Part shown: positions 1 to 9,377 of the stretch, piece by piece
Numbering within the stretch: position 1 is the first letter of the stretch
How the letters are laid out: every line of letters begins with the position of its first letter
Origin: Blastocatellia bacterium
GTDB taxonomy: Bacteria > Acidobacteriota > Blastocatellia > Chloracidobacteriales > JADJPF01
NCBI GenBank assembly: GCA_016713405.1
Contig: JADJPF010000015.1
Location: 1 to 64,000 of the forward strand
Direction: 5' to 3'
DNA: 64,000 nt
Translations under genes and position numbers: made by a program
Notes under the pieces: generated by a model
The model's input: the letters and a program-made list of their open reading frames with translations, nothing else
Told to the model about the DNA's origin: nothing
Databases searched by the model: none

Positions 1-436
1 CACCATAAAGTAAATATTTAATTTTGATGTTCTTAGCAACTCGTAAATATGAAATAGCTAGTAGTGATAAAACAGGTAGTGAGCGAAAACTATGAGTTAT
101 GTCAAAAGCAACTTCGTCATTTTGATTAATAGATTCTGTAAGATTAGAAAATATATCCCAAAGCTCATTTTCGCTACTTCCATTAGGAATATTTATGGGT
201 TCAATAGATTGGCCTTCAAATTTTGTTTCTAACAAATTTTTTAACTCAGTCCAATTATTATGTTTTTGAACAGTTTCTGTTAAAACTATTAGAATTTTTT
301 CTGGTTTAAGCCAGCTAATAACAGCTTCAGAAAAAAACTTTGTTTTATATTCTAACTTCTTTGATGCGTCTTTTTCCCAAAAATAATTTGTTTCTTGATA
401 GTTACCTGTACCTACAAGAAATGTAATTAATTTCAT
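1..436 (-). CDS. CRISPR-associated CARF-type protein, DxTHG-motif (TM1812/Csx-like) family; partial, C-terminus lies beyond the left edge
   Basis: Absent from the ORF track because it runs off the window. My reverse-strand translation from the ATG at 436-434 reads MKLITFLVGTGNYQETNYFW...NDEVAFDITHSFRSLPVLSLLAISYL. The N-terminal beta-strand/G-rich start and 'DITHSFRSLP' fit the DxTHG family signature. GGAG lies about 8 nt upstream. The gene sits 38 nt downstream of cmr6 on the same strand. Confidence 0.7.
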   Translation of the reverse strand, partial: MKLITFLVGTGNYQETNYFWEKDASKKLEYKTKFFSEAVISWLKPEKILIVLTETVQKHNNWTELKNLLETKFEGQSIEPINIPNGSSENELWDIFSNLTESINQNDEVAFDITHSFRSLPVLSLLAISYLRVAKNIKIKYLLYG

Positions 437-474
437 AAAATATACTCCAAAAATTTATAAATCATTTCAAATGT

Positions 475-1519
475 TCAACTAGCAGAATAATTTTTAAACT
501 TTTCATACCAATGTTTATCTTTAAACTTTTTCTTATCAACTTCGTCGGCTCTTTTTATTATTACTTCAGCCACTTTTAGTTTTTGACTAGGTTCTGTTAT
601 ATCTTCCCATTTTTTAATATAATTGCCAATTTCACCAGCAAATCTATTATTTGGTAAATTATTAATTGCCATTATCATAGGATCTTCTATTTTAGTTTCT
701 TTTTTTTCTAATACTGCTACTGACTGATTTTCTACAGATATTTTTCTTTCAGGAATTTCTAATTCCATACGACCATATCCGCTAGATGTTTTTGCTCCAA
801 CACCTAATTCTTTTAATGCTTCTTTTAGTATGTCAAAAGTTAAACTTACCCAATCTTCTGGGCCTGATAATGCAATTAAATATTCTCCTGTAGCAGTAAG
901 AAATGAAATAGGCGTTGTGCTGTCCCAATCTGCTGGTTGCAAGATTTTTATCTTGATAATAATCTTGGTGGTGGACTGTGATTACATCAGCATGTAAAGC
1001 TTGTTTATTAATTCCACTATCAGGAACATAAAGCGCGTCATAAAATGTAACAAAACCTGCTGCTTCTTTATTATTTTGATCATCTGCGGAAGTACCAAAG
1101 ACAGTTGCATAATTAGGAGAAGTTTTTTCCCAACCTTGTAAATAATCTCTTGCATAACTAGCTGTTACACCTTTTAATGCACTAGCAGGGATATAAGGCA
1201 CGCCATAAGTATGATGTAGCTTTATGGAAGTTTCTAAAACGCTTTCTGTGCCAAGCCCAACAGCCATACGGCCTTGAACCGTAGCTTTACCAGTTTGCAC
1301 ATCTGAAATTTGCTCTAAAGTTTGCTTCCAGCGTTGATAAAATTTTGTGTAAATTTCTGGTTGAGAAATTGTTCCTACTTCATTGACTAATCTAGTTTTT
1401 GGTTGCTCATTGTTATTGGTTGATTCCTGTTGAGTTGTAAGAAATTTATCTAGCCAAAGACCTGCATGGTTAGCTATTGATTTATCTAAATTAACAAAGA
1501 CATTTCGACAACTATTCAT
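475..1519 (-). pseudogene. cmr6: Cmr6 (type III-B RAMP subunit), split into two ORFs (833-1519, 475-942) by one frameshift; carries a C-terminal extension of about 95 aa
   Basis: The N-terminus 'ANHAGLWLDKFL', 'GVPYIPASALKG' and the G-rich loop 'GVGAKTSSGYGRMEL' are RAMP/Cmr6 hallmarks. The reading frame switches at the T5 run at 945-949 (...HHQDYYQDK | QPADWDSTTPISFL). Confidence 0.8.
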
Positions 1520-1540
1520 AAATATTTCCTTGTAAGTTTT

Positions 1541-1894
1541 TTAATTATCTTTTTCCTCTAACAAGCTTTGTGAAAGGCGTTTGTACCAAGACAAGGCATC
1601 TAAAACATCTTTAGTTAATTTCATATATTCGGCTAAATTTGCTTCACGGCTTTGTTTTAGTAAATCATCTTTGTTGCTGTTAGTGTTCAGTGTTTTAGCT
1701 AAGTCTTCCAGCAAAAAAGCACCATTTTTAGCATTAGCAAAAGCTAAGGCTTGAGCTAGACCAGCAGTATGGATTAACACAGGGAGTTTATCTGCCATTG
1801 TTTTGTATTTGTCTTTTTTTTCTTTAGATTCTGTAGCAACTTGGCTAACGTGTCCATAAGCACTGCTTGCATATTTTTGATTTCGTGTTGGCAT
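1541..1894 (-). CDS. cmr5: Cmr5 (type III-B small subunit)
   Basis: 117 aa, helical. 'LPVLIHTAGLAQALAF' is typical of Cmr5. The gene lies between cmr4 and cmr6. Confidence 0.75.
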   Translation of the reverse strand: MPTRNQKYASSAYGHVSQVATESKEKKDKYKTMADKLPVLIHTAGLAQALAFANAKNGAFLLEDLAKTLNTNSNKDDLLKQSREANLAEYMKLTKDVLDALSWYKRLSQSLLEEKDN

Positions 1895-1912
1895 AGTTTT
1901 TTTCCTCCTAAC

Positions 1913-2799
1913 TTACTGGTTTATTAATTTGACTGAGCATAAGCCATGACCAACGGTTGCTTTACCGCCAAATTGCACAGTTTTGTTAGTTATTGTTGTA
2001 ATAGCTTCAAAGACTTTGTTGGTAGTTATCTCTGCTTTCTTAGTAGGGTTAGCAATGACTAAGCCAGACAAAATTGTTTCTGTTGGCAAGGTTTCTTCAT
2101 ACCAAAGATTTTCTGCTGTTTTAGATTCATCATTTATAACAATTCTTGCAGAAACTTCTGTTGCAGTTTCTAACAAAAGCTTAATAAATCGTCTGAGACA
2201 ATACAAAAACGTGCTTTAAGCATATCTTGCCATTCTGGAGAGTCAGCAAAAATTCTTGGTGCTAGCCAATCAGCCCAATTGCTAGCTTTTACAACTTCAG
2301 TATTATTATTGCTTGGAGTTAAATCTAAATCTTCTAAAAATACCTTGCTATTATTGTTAACACCATGTTTTAGACAACTAGTTGTTATTACTAAACAAGA
2401 GGTTTCTTGTAATGTTTTTGGGGTTTCAGGCAATTTATTTATTCCTGCTACCTTAGCATCACGAACAAATCTTTGTAGAATGTAAGGCGAAGTCACCCAA
2501 GCAAACGTTCCTACAAGGCTACGAATAGGCAGCAACAACAAACGTTGATCAGAAAATTGCACAGATCCAGCATGTTCCATAGTTTGAGATTTTTCTTCAT
2601 TCCCAGTTCCAAAAATACTTTTTTGTTGTTTTTCGTCTGTGCAAAGATCTCGCAAACTACCTTTTACAGATGAACCTGGCAAAAAAGGTATTCCAGTAGC
2701 TTTTTCTCTAGCGATAGGCAAATCAATTACACCAATTCCTTGGCCTGTGCCAGCGTGCAAAGGCGATAGTGCATGGACAAAAGCTAAACGCGCTTCCAT
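1913..2799 (-). pseudogene. cmr4: Cmr4 (type III-B backbone RAMP, target-RNA cleaving subunit), split by one frameshift (ORFs 2170-2799 and 1913-2206)
   Basis: 'FVHALSPLHAGTGQGIGVIDLPIAREKATGIPFLPGSSVKGSLRD' is a classic Cmr4 N-terminus. The C-terminal 'FGGKATVGHGLC' is a G-rich loop. Restoring one T at the run at 2186-2188 gives ...IVSDDFIKLLLETATEV. Confidence 0.85.
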
Positions 2800-2813
2800 A
2801 AAATTTCTCCTTG

Positions 2814-4044
2814 TTAATTTTGTTTAGTAAGAAAATCAAGAAATGCTTTAAGTATATTAGTTTCTTTATTTAATAATGGGGTTCCATTACTTCTTGTTAT
2901 TTTAAGTGCTTCTTGTTCTGTAAGGTTAATTTGGACATTTTTTGGCTGATTCCAATTATTAGCTTTTAAGACCACTTGATTATTAATCGCTTGTTGAGTA
3001 CCTTCTAAAACCGCAGCTAAACCTACATAACCATTGCTACATTTGATTGGCCGCAAAATAAGAGGACTAGCTAATCTATCAGAGTTTTTTAGAGCAAGTG
3101 TTGTATCTTGTGGATCACTAGTTTTATATCTGTTCCCATCCTTAAAATGAAAAATTATTGGTAAACCAAAAACTGCACGAGGAAATTTATTAACAGGATG
3201 TGTTGGATTATGATCTTTATTTTGGTTAACTAAATGTTGTCCTGTTAATCGCCTAATAGCATCTGGTTCAGGCCATCGGCTACGGCCTTGGTTCCCGTTG
3301 CGTTGTTGGCGAAAAATTTTTAGTTTACTGATTAAAATGTTACTGGCTTCTTTACCATTAGCAAAAGTTGTTGGAAGAATCTTAAATTCTAGCTTATGGC
3401 TTAAATGAGGAACATTTTGAGGCCAATTTGTAGAATCAATAACATGTTTTTTTAAGCCTGCACGAATATTATTTTCTACATCTTTTGTACTAATCTCTTT
3501 TGATTTCATAGAGATAGCTCCAAATCCGCGTCTAGTTCTTGCTCCAATGCCGCCAAATGTTTCCCAAGCCCAAAAAGCAGCTTCTACATCAGTTTGTAAA
3601 TCTTTTGGATATTTAATGCTTAATTTAAAAGTAATGTTATCTCTGAGTTTTTGTTTTCTTGTCTTAAAGCAAAAGCTGCATAAGGGTTAACATCCTTTGC
3701 AGATTGAATAAGTTCTAACACCTTGATAGTTGTTTCAACAAAAACTTGTACTTTTGAAGCAGGCTTTTCACCTTTTTTATCTTTGCTAGCTGTTCCCCAA
3801 ATCGCATCTTCTGCTCTTTTCATTTGTTCTAAGTTTGCAATGCCCCACCACGACAAGCACGCCACCAAAAAAGAAGTTGCCCACGAATGCTTGAACCACG
3901 AATTGTTGTTATTGGGTCGGCTTCGCCCGGCTTTACTCCACCACCAAACAAAGGTGTGATTAATTCATATTTACGTTCTTGAGTAATGTTTGATTCCTTA
4001 AGTGGAGGAAATTTTGGGCATTCAACCTTTGGTTTTCTATTCAT
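2814..4044 (-). pseudogene. cmr1: Cmr1 (type III-B RAMP), interrupted by two frameshifts (ORF pieces 3829-4080, 3620-3868, 2814-3509)
   Basis: 'YELITPLFGGG...IRGSSIRGQLLFWWRA' is the Cmr1 N-terminal motif. The untracked frame at 3510-3640 encodes 'WETFGGIGARTRRGFGAI', a G-rich loop. The start is most likely the ATG at 4044, preceded by GGAGGTG and overlapping the cmr3 stop (TAATG). Frameshifts lie at the C4 run 3843-3846 and within about 3625-3665. Confidence 0.75.
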
Positions 4045-5234
4045 TATTTCACCTCCATTATTTCGTTTTTTCCTGACCAAGTGCCTAGCACGGCTAAACC
4101 AAAACTGTCTAAGCGGCTTTGTTCATCGTCGCTAACTGAACTTAACCAGATTTTGTCAACCCAGTTTTCTAACTCTTTTTCATTTGTCGTCTTCTCATCA
4201 AACTTTAAGAAAAACACTGTTCCAGCAGGTGCCAAGCGTCGTGTAGCTTTAGGCTTGTTAGTTTCAAAGTCCCAGCCAGAGATGACTTGAGGACGCTCTA
4301 CACGAATGGCTTTTATTTGTGGAGTTAAAGTTTTGTGAGGTGTTATCAAATATTCAGGTTGACAAATATCCTTAAAACAGCCTGGCGTTAACAGCAACAC
4401 TCTACAAGCTTTTGTGCAAAGAATTTGTTTTTTAATTTGGTCAGGACATTTAGCAAAAGGTATTGAATCGTTGTTTTTATGCCAATTGACTATTCGCCTT
4501 TCACCACCAAGCATGGCAACACCTTCGCGTAAATTAGCCTCAGTTTGCACAGCTAAAGCAAGACGAGTTAAATTAGCAAGCTTTTTATCAGCTTGTTTTT
4601 GATAAGTAAATTCTAAGCCTTGTGTTTGAAATAACGCGCCTTCTCTAGCAGTTTGGCTTTCATTCAAAATGCTTACATGTGTTCGTATATCTAAACTTGG
4701 GCCTTTATGCCCAAGATCAGAGAGATTAACATCTAGCTTATCTTGAGCGTTATTTAACCACTCTTCAAGTTTTTTCCAATACCAAAATCTTGGTGGAGGT
4801 TTATGAGGTTTTCTGTTGTCGCTTTGAGTCATGCCAACCAAAGAAAGGTTTGGAAAATCTGTTTGTAGATCAGTAAAACTATTTTCAGGCATGTTTATTG
4901 GTACAAGTTTTTTTATATTAACTGTAGTTTCATTATTTGAATCATTGTTAAGAATTACTAAATCCATTGGTGCAGGCATTAACCAATTTTGAATGCTTCC
5001 TGTTTCAGCAAGTTCAACTAAAAATGGCCCTTTAATAGCAATTTTTTTAACTTCACTAATTTTTCCTTTTTGGAAATTTCCTTGTGCATCTAGTCCAGCA
5101 CGGGTACGAACTCCGCCAGCAATCGTTGATGGGAAAGGAAAACTTAAGCTAGCGGCTCTCGCACCAGGATCACCAAATGGACGACCATCACGAAAAATTA
5201 TTGGATCACGGGGTTCAAGTATCCAAACAGTCAT
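4044..5234 (-). CDS. cmr3: Cmr3 (type III-B RAMP, Cas10 partner)
   Basis: 'MTVWILEPRDPIIFRDGRPFG...SLSFPFPSTIAGGVRT' and 'RLAPAGTVFF' are typical of Cmr3. The ORF is an intact 396 aa. Confidence 0.85.
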   Translation of the reverse strand: MTVWILEPRDPIIFRDGRPFGDPGARAASLSFPFPSTIAGGVRTRAGLDAQGNFQKGKISEVKKIAIKGPFLVELAETGSIQNWLMPAPMDLVILNNDSNNETTVNIKKLVPINMPENSFTDLQTDFPNLSLVGMTQSDNRKPHKPPPRFWYWKKLEEWLNNAQDKLDVNLSDLGHKGPSLDIRTHVSILNESQTAREGALFQTQGLEFTYQKQADKKLANLTRLALAVQTEANLREGVAMLGGERRIVNWHKNNDSIPFAKCPDQIKKQILCTKACRVLLLTPGCFKDICQPEYLITPHKTLTPQIKAIRVERPQVISGWDFETNKPKATRRLAPAGTVFFLKFDEKTTNEKELENWVDKIWLSSVSDDEQSRLDSFGLAVLGTWSGKNEIMEVK

Positions 5235-5237
5235 ATG

Positions 5238-6743
5238 CTATTTTTCCTTTCCTATTAATTTTTTAACTTCAGCAAAAATGCGAGCAACTACAAGTTCATC
5301 AGCTAGATCTTTGATGGAAACTTTGTCTTCATCAATTCTTTTTTCAATGTTTGTTAAAACATCTTTATCTACTTTTTTGCGTCTAAAAATTCTTTTCGCT
5401 TCTACTTTAATTAAATCTTTTAAGTTAGCTGTATCACCTAAACTTAAAACTAAATCTCTTAATTCATAAGCCACCCCGTCAGGAATTTGACCATTTGCAT
5501 GCAATGTGATCCAATTTTTTAGACGGTCATCTATTTCGCCCCCAACTTTGCACAATCTAAAATTGTATGTATTGGCACAAACGCTAGCACATCATCGCCA
5601 CCAGCATAAACAAGTGAGCCTTTATGCTCTGCTACAATTCTTCGGACATTGCTAGCAAATCGACTTAGAGCGTTAGAAATATTTCTGTGTGCTTCTGGAG
5701 TGTTTTGGCTGTCAATAGCTTCACCCATTCGATCACCATCAGCTAAAAGCAGCCCGTAATAGGGGCTTGGGCGTTTGTCAGCAAGATTGCAACTTTTATA
5801 AAATTCGTTTAGTGCTTTTTTAGCTTGTTTTAGTTTCTCATCTTCATTTTTAGCAAAAAAATCAACTAATCTTTCTTCAAACAAAATATGTCCATCATAA
5901 TTTTCAAAAACAGGATGAGGATCTCGTGGCACATTTCCCAGTTCACTTTCAAGACCAAAATCTTGTTTTAAGGTAAGAATATATTTTCTTACAGCAGTTT
6001 TATGCTCTTCTTTTAGCAATTCTAAAAATGGCAAAGATGCTACGTGAGATGTAGAAAAGAATCTATCTTTCCCTTTCGCCGTTCTCCATGACGTTTTAAT
6101 AAGCCTACTACCCGCAAAGCTTTTCACCTCGACCAATACCATATTTACGCCAAAGTTTTTCATCATCAAATCGGTCATATTGTTTTTCAGGAATAACAGA
6201 TTCACGTTGTCCATCTAGCGACGATTTTGGCACACCTGCTTTTCCCCAAGAAACAGCATTGTAATTTTTAGTAGCTTTTCGTGCGGCCATTAAAGCTTCT
6301 GCTTGCTTGCGAGTTTCAACATATTTTTCTAAGCTCTCTAATTTTGTAGCTACCCAGAAAAACTCTAGCATGTCCGCTATTTGTGCATCTGCGGTTTTAT
6401 TATCAAAATATCCTCGAAGATTTTTCAAGCCATCTTCTTTAATTTCATTAAGTCGAGTTTTTACATTAGTTAGAGCTTGTTTACAAATTTCTTCAGGATT
6501 ATTTTTAACAATTGCTACTATTTTGTTTGCAACATCAAAACTAATATCAGGCTCTAAATCAGATAATTCTGTTGGAGCAGGGAAAATTAAGTTCTCAATG
6601 CCTTCTTTTTCCGCAATGCTATGAGCAGCCGTTTTTGAAAGCTCACTAAGTAGCCAAGAACCAAACCAAAGATCCCGACTTCGCCTAGCAGTGATAATAA
6701 AATCCTGCACTGGGCCGATATGAATAATAATTAAGTATTCCAT
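5238..6743 (-). pseudogene. cas10: Cas10/Cmr2, short form without an HD domain; split into three ORFs by two frameshifts (6108-6743, 5531-6214, 5238-5555)
   Basis: 'MEYLIIIHIGPVQDFIITARRSRDLWFGSWLLS' is a Cmr2-type N-terminus. The palm motifs 'LLLADGDRMG' and 'SLVYAGGDDVLAF' (GGDD) are present. No HD motif precedes them. Frameshifts lie at CCC 6111-6113 and the C5 run 5539-5543. The total is only about 500 codons. Confidence 0.85.
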
Positions 6744-6950
6744 AGCACAACCTGTAAATGAAAGTTGATTAAATTGTTATTATGAAAAAGTAATATGCTA
6801 TTTTTGCTAGACGCAAAATTTACATAACTTTTTACTAATAATCAACTACTTAATCTTAAAAAGATAAAATTACTATTTATAGCTTTTTAACTAAAGCATT
6901 ATTTGTATTTTTATTGGGATTCTAAAACAAAATTGGCAGATTAAAAGAGC

Positions 6951-6964
6951 CAGCAAGCTTGCTG
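6951..6964. promoter_or_regulatory. Perfect 14-bp palindrome CAGCAAGCTTGCTG about 210 bp upstream of cas10; possible operator
   Basis: Read directly from the sequence. It lies in the 466-bp AT-rich region between the divergent cas10 and 7210 genes. Confidence 0.2.
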
Positions 6965-7209
6965 AGTGGAAAATTTTTAGGGTTTATGTTGTCTATTTAG
7001 CTACTCTCATTTTCTGACTGCTGCTAAATTCCCAAACTCTAGTTAATCCTTGGGAAATGTAAGTAATATAGATTCGTGAGAGTTTTTTAGAGTTTTTTGA
7101 CATTTTTTTCATAGAACTTTTTTGCAGGTTAAGCAAAAACACCCAAATTATGCTAGGAATATATCTTGCATGTTAAATGGGTTAGCATGATTATGGAGGT
7201 TAAACTGTT

Positions 7210-7974
7210 ATGAAAAAGGTAATAAGCTTGTTGATCTCTAGAATAGCTATTATTAGTTCTCTAATAATAGCTACTACGCTAGGTGTAACAGCACAGTGGA
7301 ACAACCCGTATTGGGGAACAAGTTGGAATAATCCTACATCAAGCCTACTGCAAACTATGACTATGAATAAAGTTTTTGCCGATAGTATGAGAAAACCGTT
7401 TGAGCAAAGAGGCAAAGCTTTAGATCAAAGGTCGATACCAAAGCAAAATAAACTTACTCCATACCAGCAAAAATCTGTAACTTTCTCGCCTGTTGCTAAT
7501 ATGATTATGCCAAAACAGCTAGCTGAAACGATTGGAGCAACACCCAAGGATCGCAAAGAACTTCAAAAAGCATTTACCGAATTTTTGCAGGTTTTCGACC
7601 AGGAAGCCGCTTTAGACAAAGAAGAAAATAATGTTGCTCGTGCAGTCACTTTTTTTATTGTTTGCAACTACATTGTTGCTACAGGCTTGGAGTTTGAGGA
7701 AGAACAGATCAATTTTATGGAGAGAGATATAAATATTTACCTAGCAGAAAACGAGTATTTTTGCGCCTTTGATAACCACAGGAAGCAAGAACTTTATGAA
7801 AGCTTGGTCATTCTTGGCACCCTTGCTGCCGCAGGCTATCATGACGGAGAGGAAAACGGACGAAAAGAGCAAATGGAGAGATTCCGCTCTTTAGCACGTA
7901 ATGGCTTGGAAACCTTGCTAGGTGTACCTGTTGAGAGGTTGAAATTGACAAAAGTAGGGTTGGTTATTAAATAG
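7210..7974 (+). CDS. Hypothetical secreted protein
   Basis: Has an N-terminal hydrophobic signal-like segment (LLISRIAIISSLIIATTLGVTA). GGAGG lies upstream. I recognise no family. Confidence 0.5.
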   Translation: MKKVISLLISRIAIISSLIIATTLGVTAQWNNPYWGTSWNNPTSSLLQTMTMNKVFADSMRKPFEQRGKALDQRSIPKQNKLTPYQQKSVTFSPVANMIMPKQLAETIGATPKDRKELQKAFTEFLQVFDQEAALDKEENNVARAVTFFIVCNYIVATGLEFEEEQINFMERDINIYLAENEYFCAFDNHRKQELYESLVILGTLAAAGYHDGEENGRKEQMERFRSLARNGLETLLGVPVERLKLTKVGLVIK

Positions 7975-8243
7975 TTTTACTTCTGCTCGAATAATCCATT
8001 TCTATCAGATTTGCCTTTTTAATGTCTTCTTGTTTTTTTCCTTAACTCTAACAGAAATAGAATAAAGGGAAACAAAAGGATATTACGATACAACTCAATA
8101 AGCAAATCATACAAAATCAATAGTTTATCTATTAAAACATCTCAATTCTTGAGAGTTTTCTAATGATTAAGTAGTTTTATCTAAAATCAAAAATGCAGCC
8201 GTGCTACAAACAACAGGACTAAATTTTGACCATGCTGGCTATA

Positions 8244-9092
8244 TTATTGCTTGACCAGTTCTACACGACGGTTTTTTGCGCGACCTTCTTCGGTATCGTT
8301 GCTTGCCATAGGAGCTAAGGGGCCGACACCGCGGCTAATAAGGCGACTTGCAGAAATACCGTGTTGTGTAATGAGTGCTTGCACTACTGCTTCAGCACGG
8401 GCATGGGAAAGCCTCATATTTAGATCCAGCGAAGCAATATTATCTGTATGACCTACTACATAGACCTTCAATGCTAAGTCTGCTTTCAGCAATTTGGCAA
8501 TTTCGGTTACGGCGTTGTCTGATTCAGGTTTCAACTCAGATTTTCCTGTGTCAAAGTAAATTCCTGGAACCTCAACGTGTCCACTAGTTCTAAGGCTAGT
8601 TTTAAAGATTTCTGCACTTGAAGTTACTTCCTGGGTCATTGCTTCCTTTTCGATAATGGTTAGCATATAGCCTTTTCCCCAAGCAGTGTCAAGCAATGCC
8701 CAGACTTCCTTACCATTCTTAGCTACTTTCAGAACTGTATAGCGTTTATCTTCAAAAAGTGTTGTTCCACCGATTTGAGCGATAGCTTGCTGATGATTAC
8801 GTATGATCTGCAAGGGTGAAGGGGCTACTGTAGCATCAGTCTTATATCTAATTTCAAAGCGTTTTCCTTCTACAGCAGTTTCGGTTGTCTTTCCAGTTTT
8901 AAAAGCAAATCGGTCAAAAGCGACTGTTTTGCAATATTCTATATGCATGTCCTGCATGCGAGTAAAAAGCGGATGGTCTTGGCAGCCAGCTTTATCTGGA
9001 CTCTGAGACAATACAATACTACAAAACAAAAAAATCCAAATGATGAGAACATGGATGGAAACCAATAGAGATTTTAATTTAGTACATTGCAT
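8244..9092 (-). CDS. OmpA-family (OmpA/MotB C-terminal domain) protein
   Basis: The C-terminus 'VVGHTDNIASLDLNMRLSHARAEAVVQALI...RAKNRRVELV' is the OmpA-like peptidoglycan-binding signature. An N-terminal signal/TM segment is present. Confidence 0.8.
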   Translation of the reverse strand: MQCTKLKSLLVSIHVLIIWIFLFCSIVLSQSPDKAGCQDHPLFTRMQDMHIEYCKTVAFDRFAFKTGKTTETAVEGKRFEIRYKTDATVAPSPLQIIRNHQQAIAQIGGTTLFEDKRYTVLKVAKNGKEVWALLDTAWGKGYMLTIIEKEAMTQEVTSSAEIFKTSLRTSGHVEVPGIYFDTGKSELKPESDNAVTEIAKLLKADLALKVYVVGHTDNIASLDLNMRLSHARAEAVVQALITQHGISASRLISRGVGPLAPMASNDTEEGRAKNRRVELVKQ

Positions 9093-9377
9093 ATGATGCC
9101 TCCAGTCAAAAGTTGCTCATTGTTTTGCTTAATACATCAATTACTTACAATAACTACAAAAACAAGACTTCCAAAATCGTCCCACAACTTTGCTGATGTG
9201 CTTCTATACTTAAAGCAATGAGTATGCCTAATACTAAGCTTATAAAAATGGGTGGTTATATTTTGTATATGGGTTATATTTCCCAAAATTGAAGAATAAT
9301 TGGGGGAATTAACTGTAGTGATTGCAATGTCTATTGACCATATTTAATACTCCAAAGTATTTTTGTTTGAAGTTTAT

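Noticed and set aside
4993-5469. 158-aa plus-strand ORF antisense to cmr3 and cas10. Similar antisense ORFs lie at 1983-2219, 2279-2485, 3723-3959, 6307-6624, 17226-17471, 26236-26526, 43672-44013 and 45047-45496.
   Set aside because: These are shadow ORFs lying fully inside well-supported genes on the opposite strand. They have low-complexity composition, no RBS and no recognisable motifs.
6744-7209. Looked for a CRISPR array or leader next to the cmr operon
   Set aside because: No direct repeats of 25-40 bp at regular spacing are visible here or anywhere else in the window. The region is plain AT-rich intergenic DNA.
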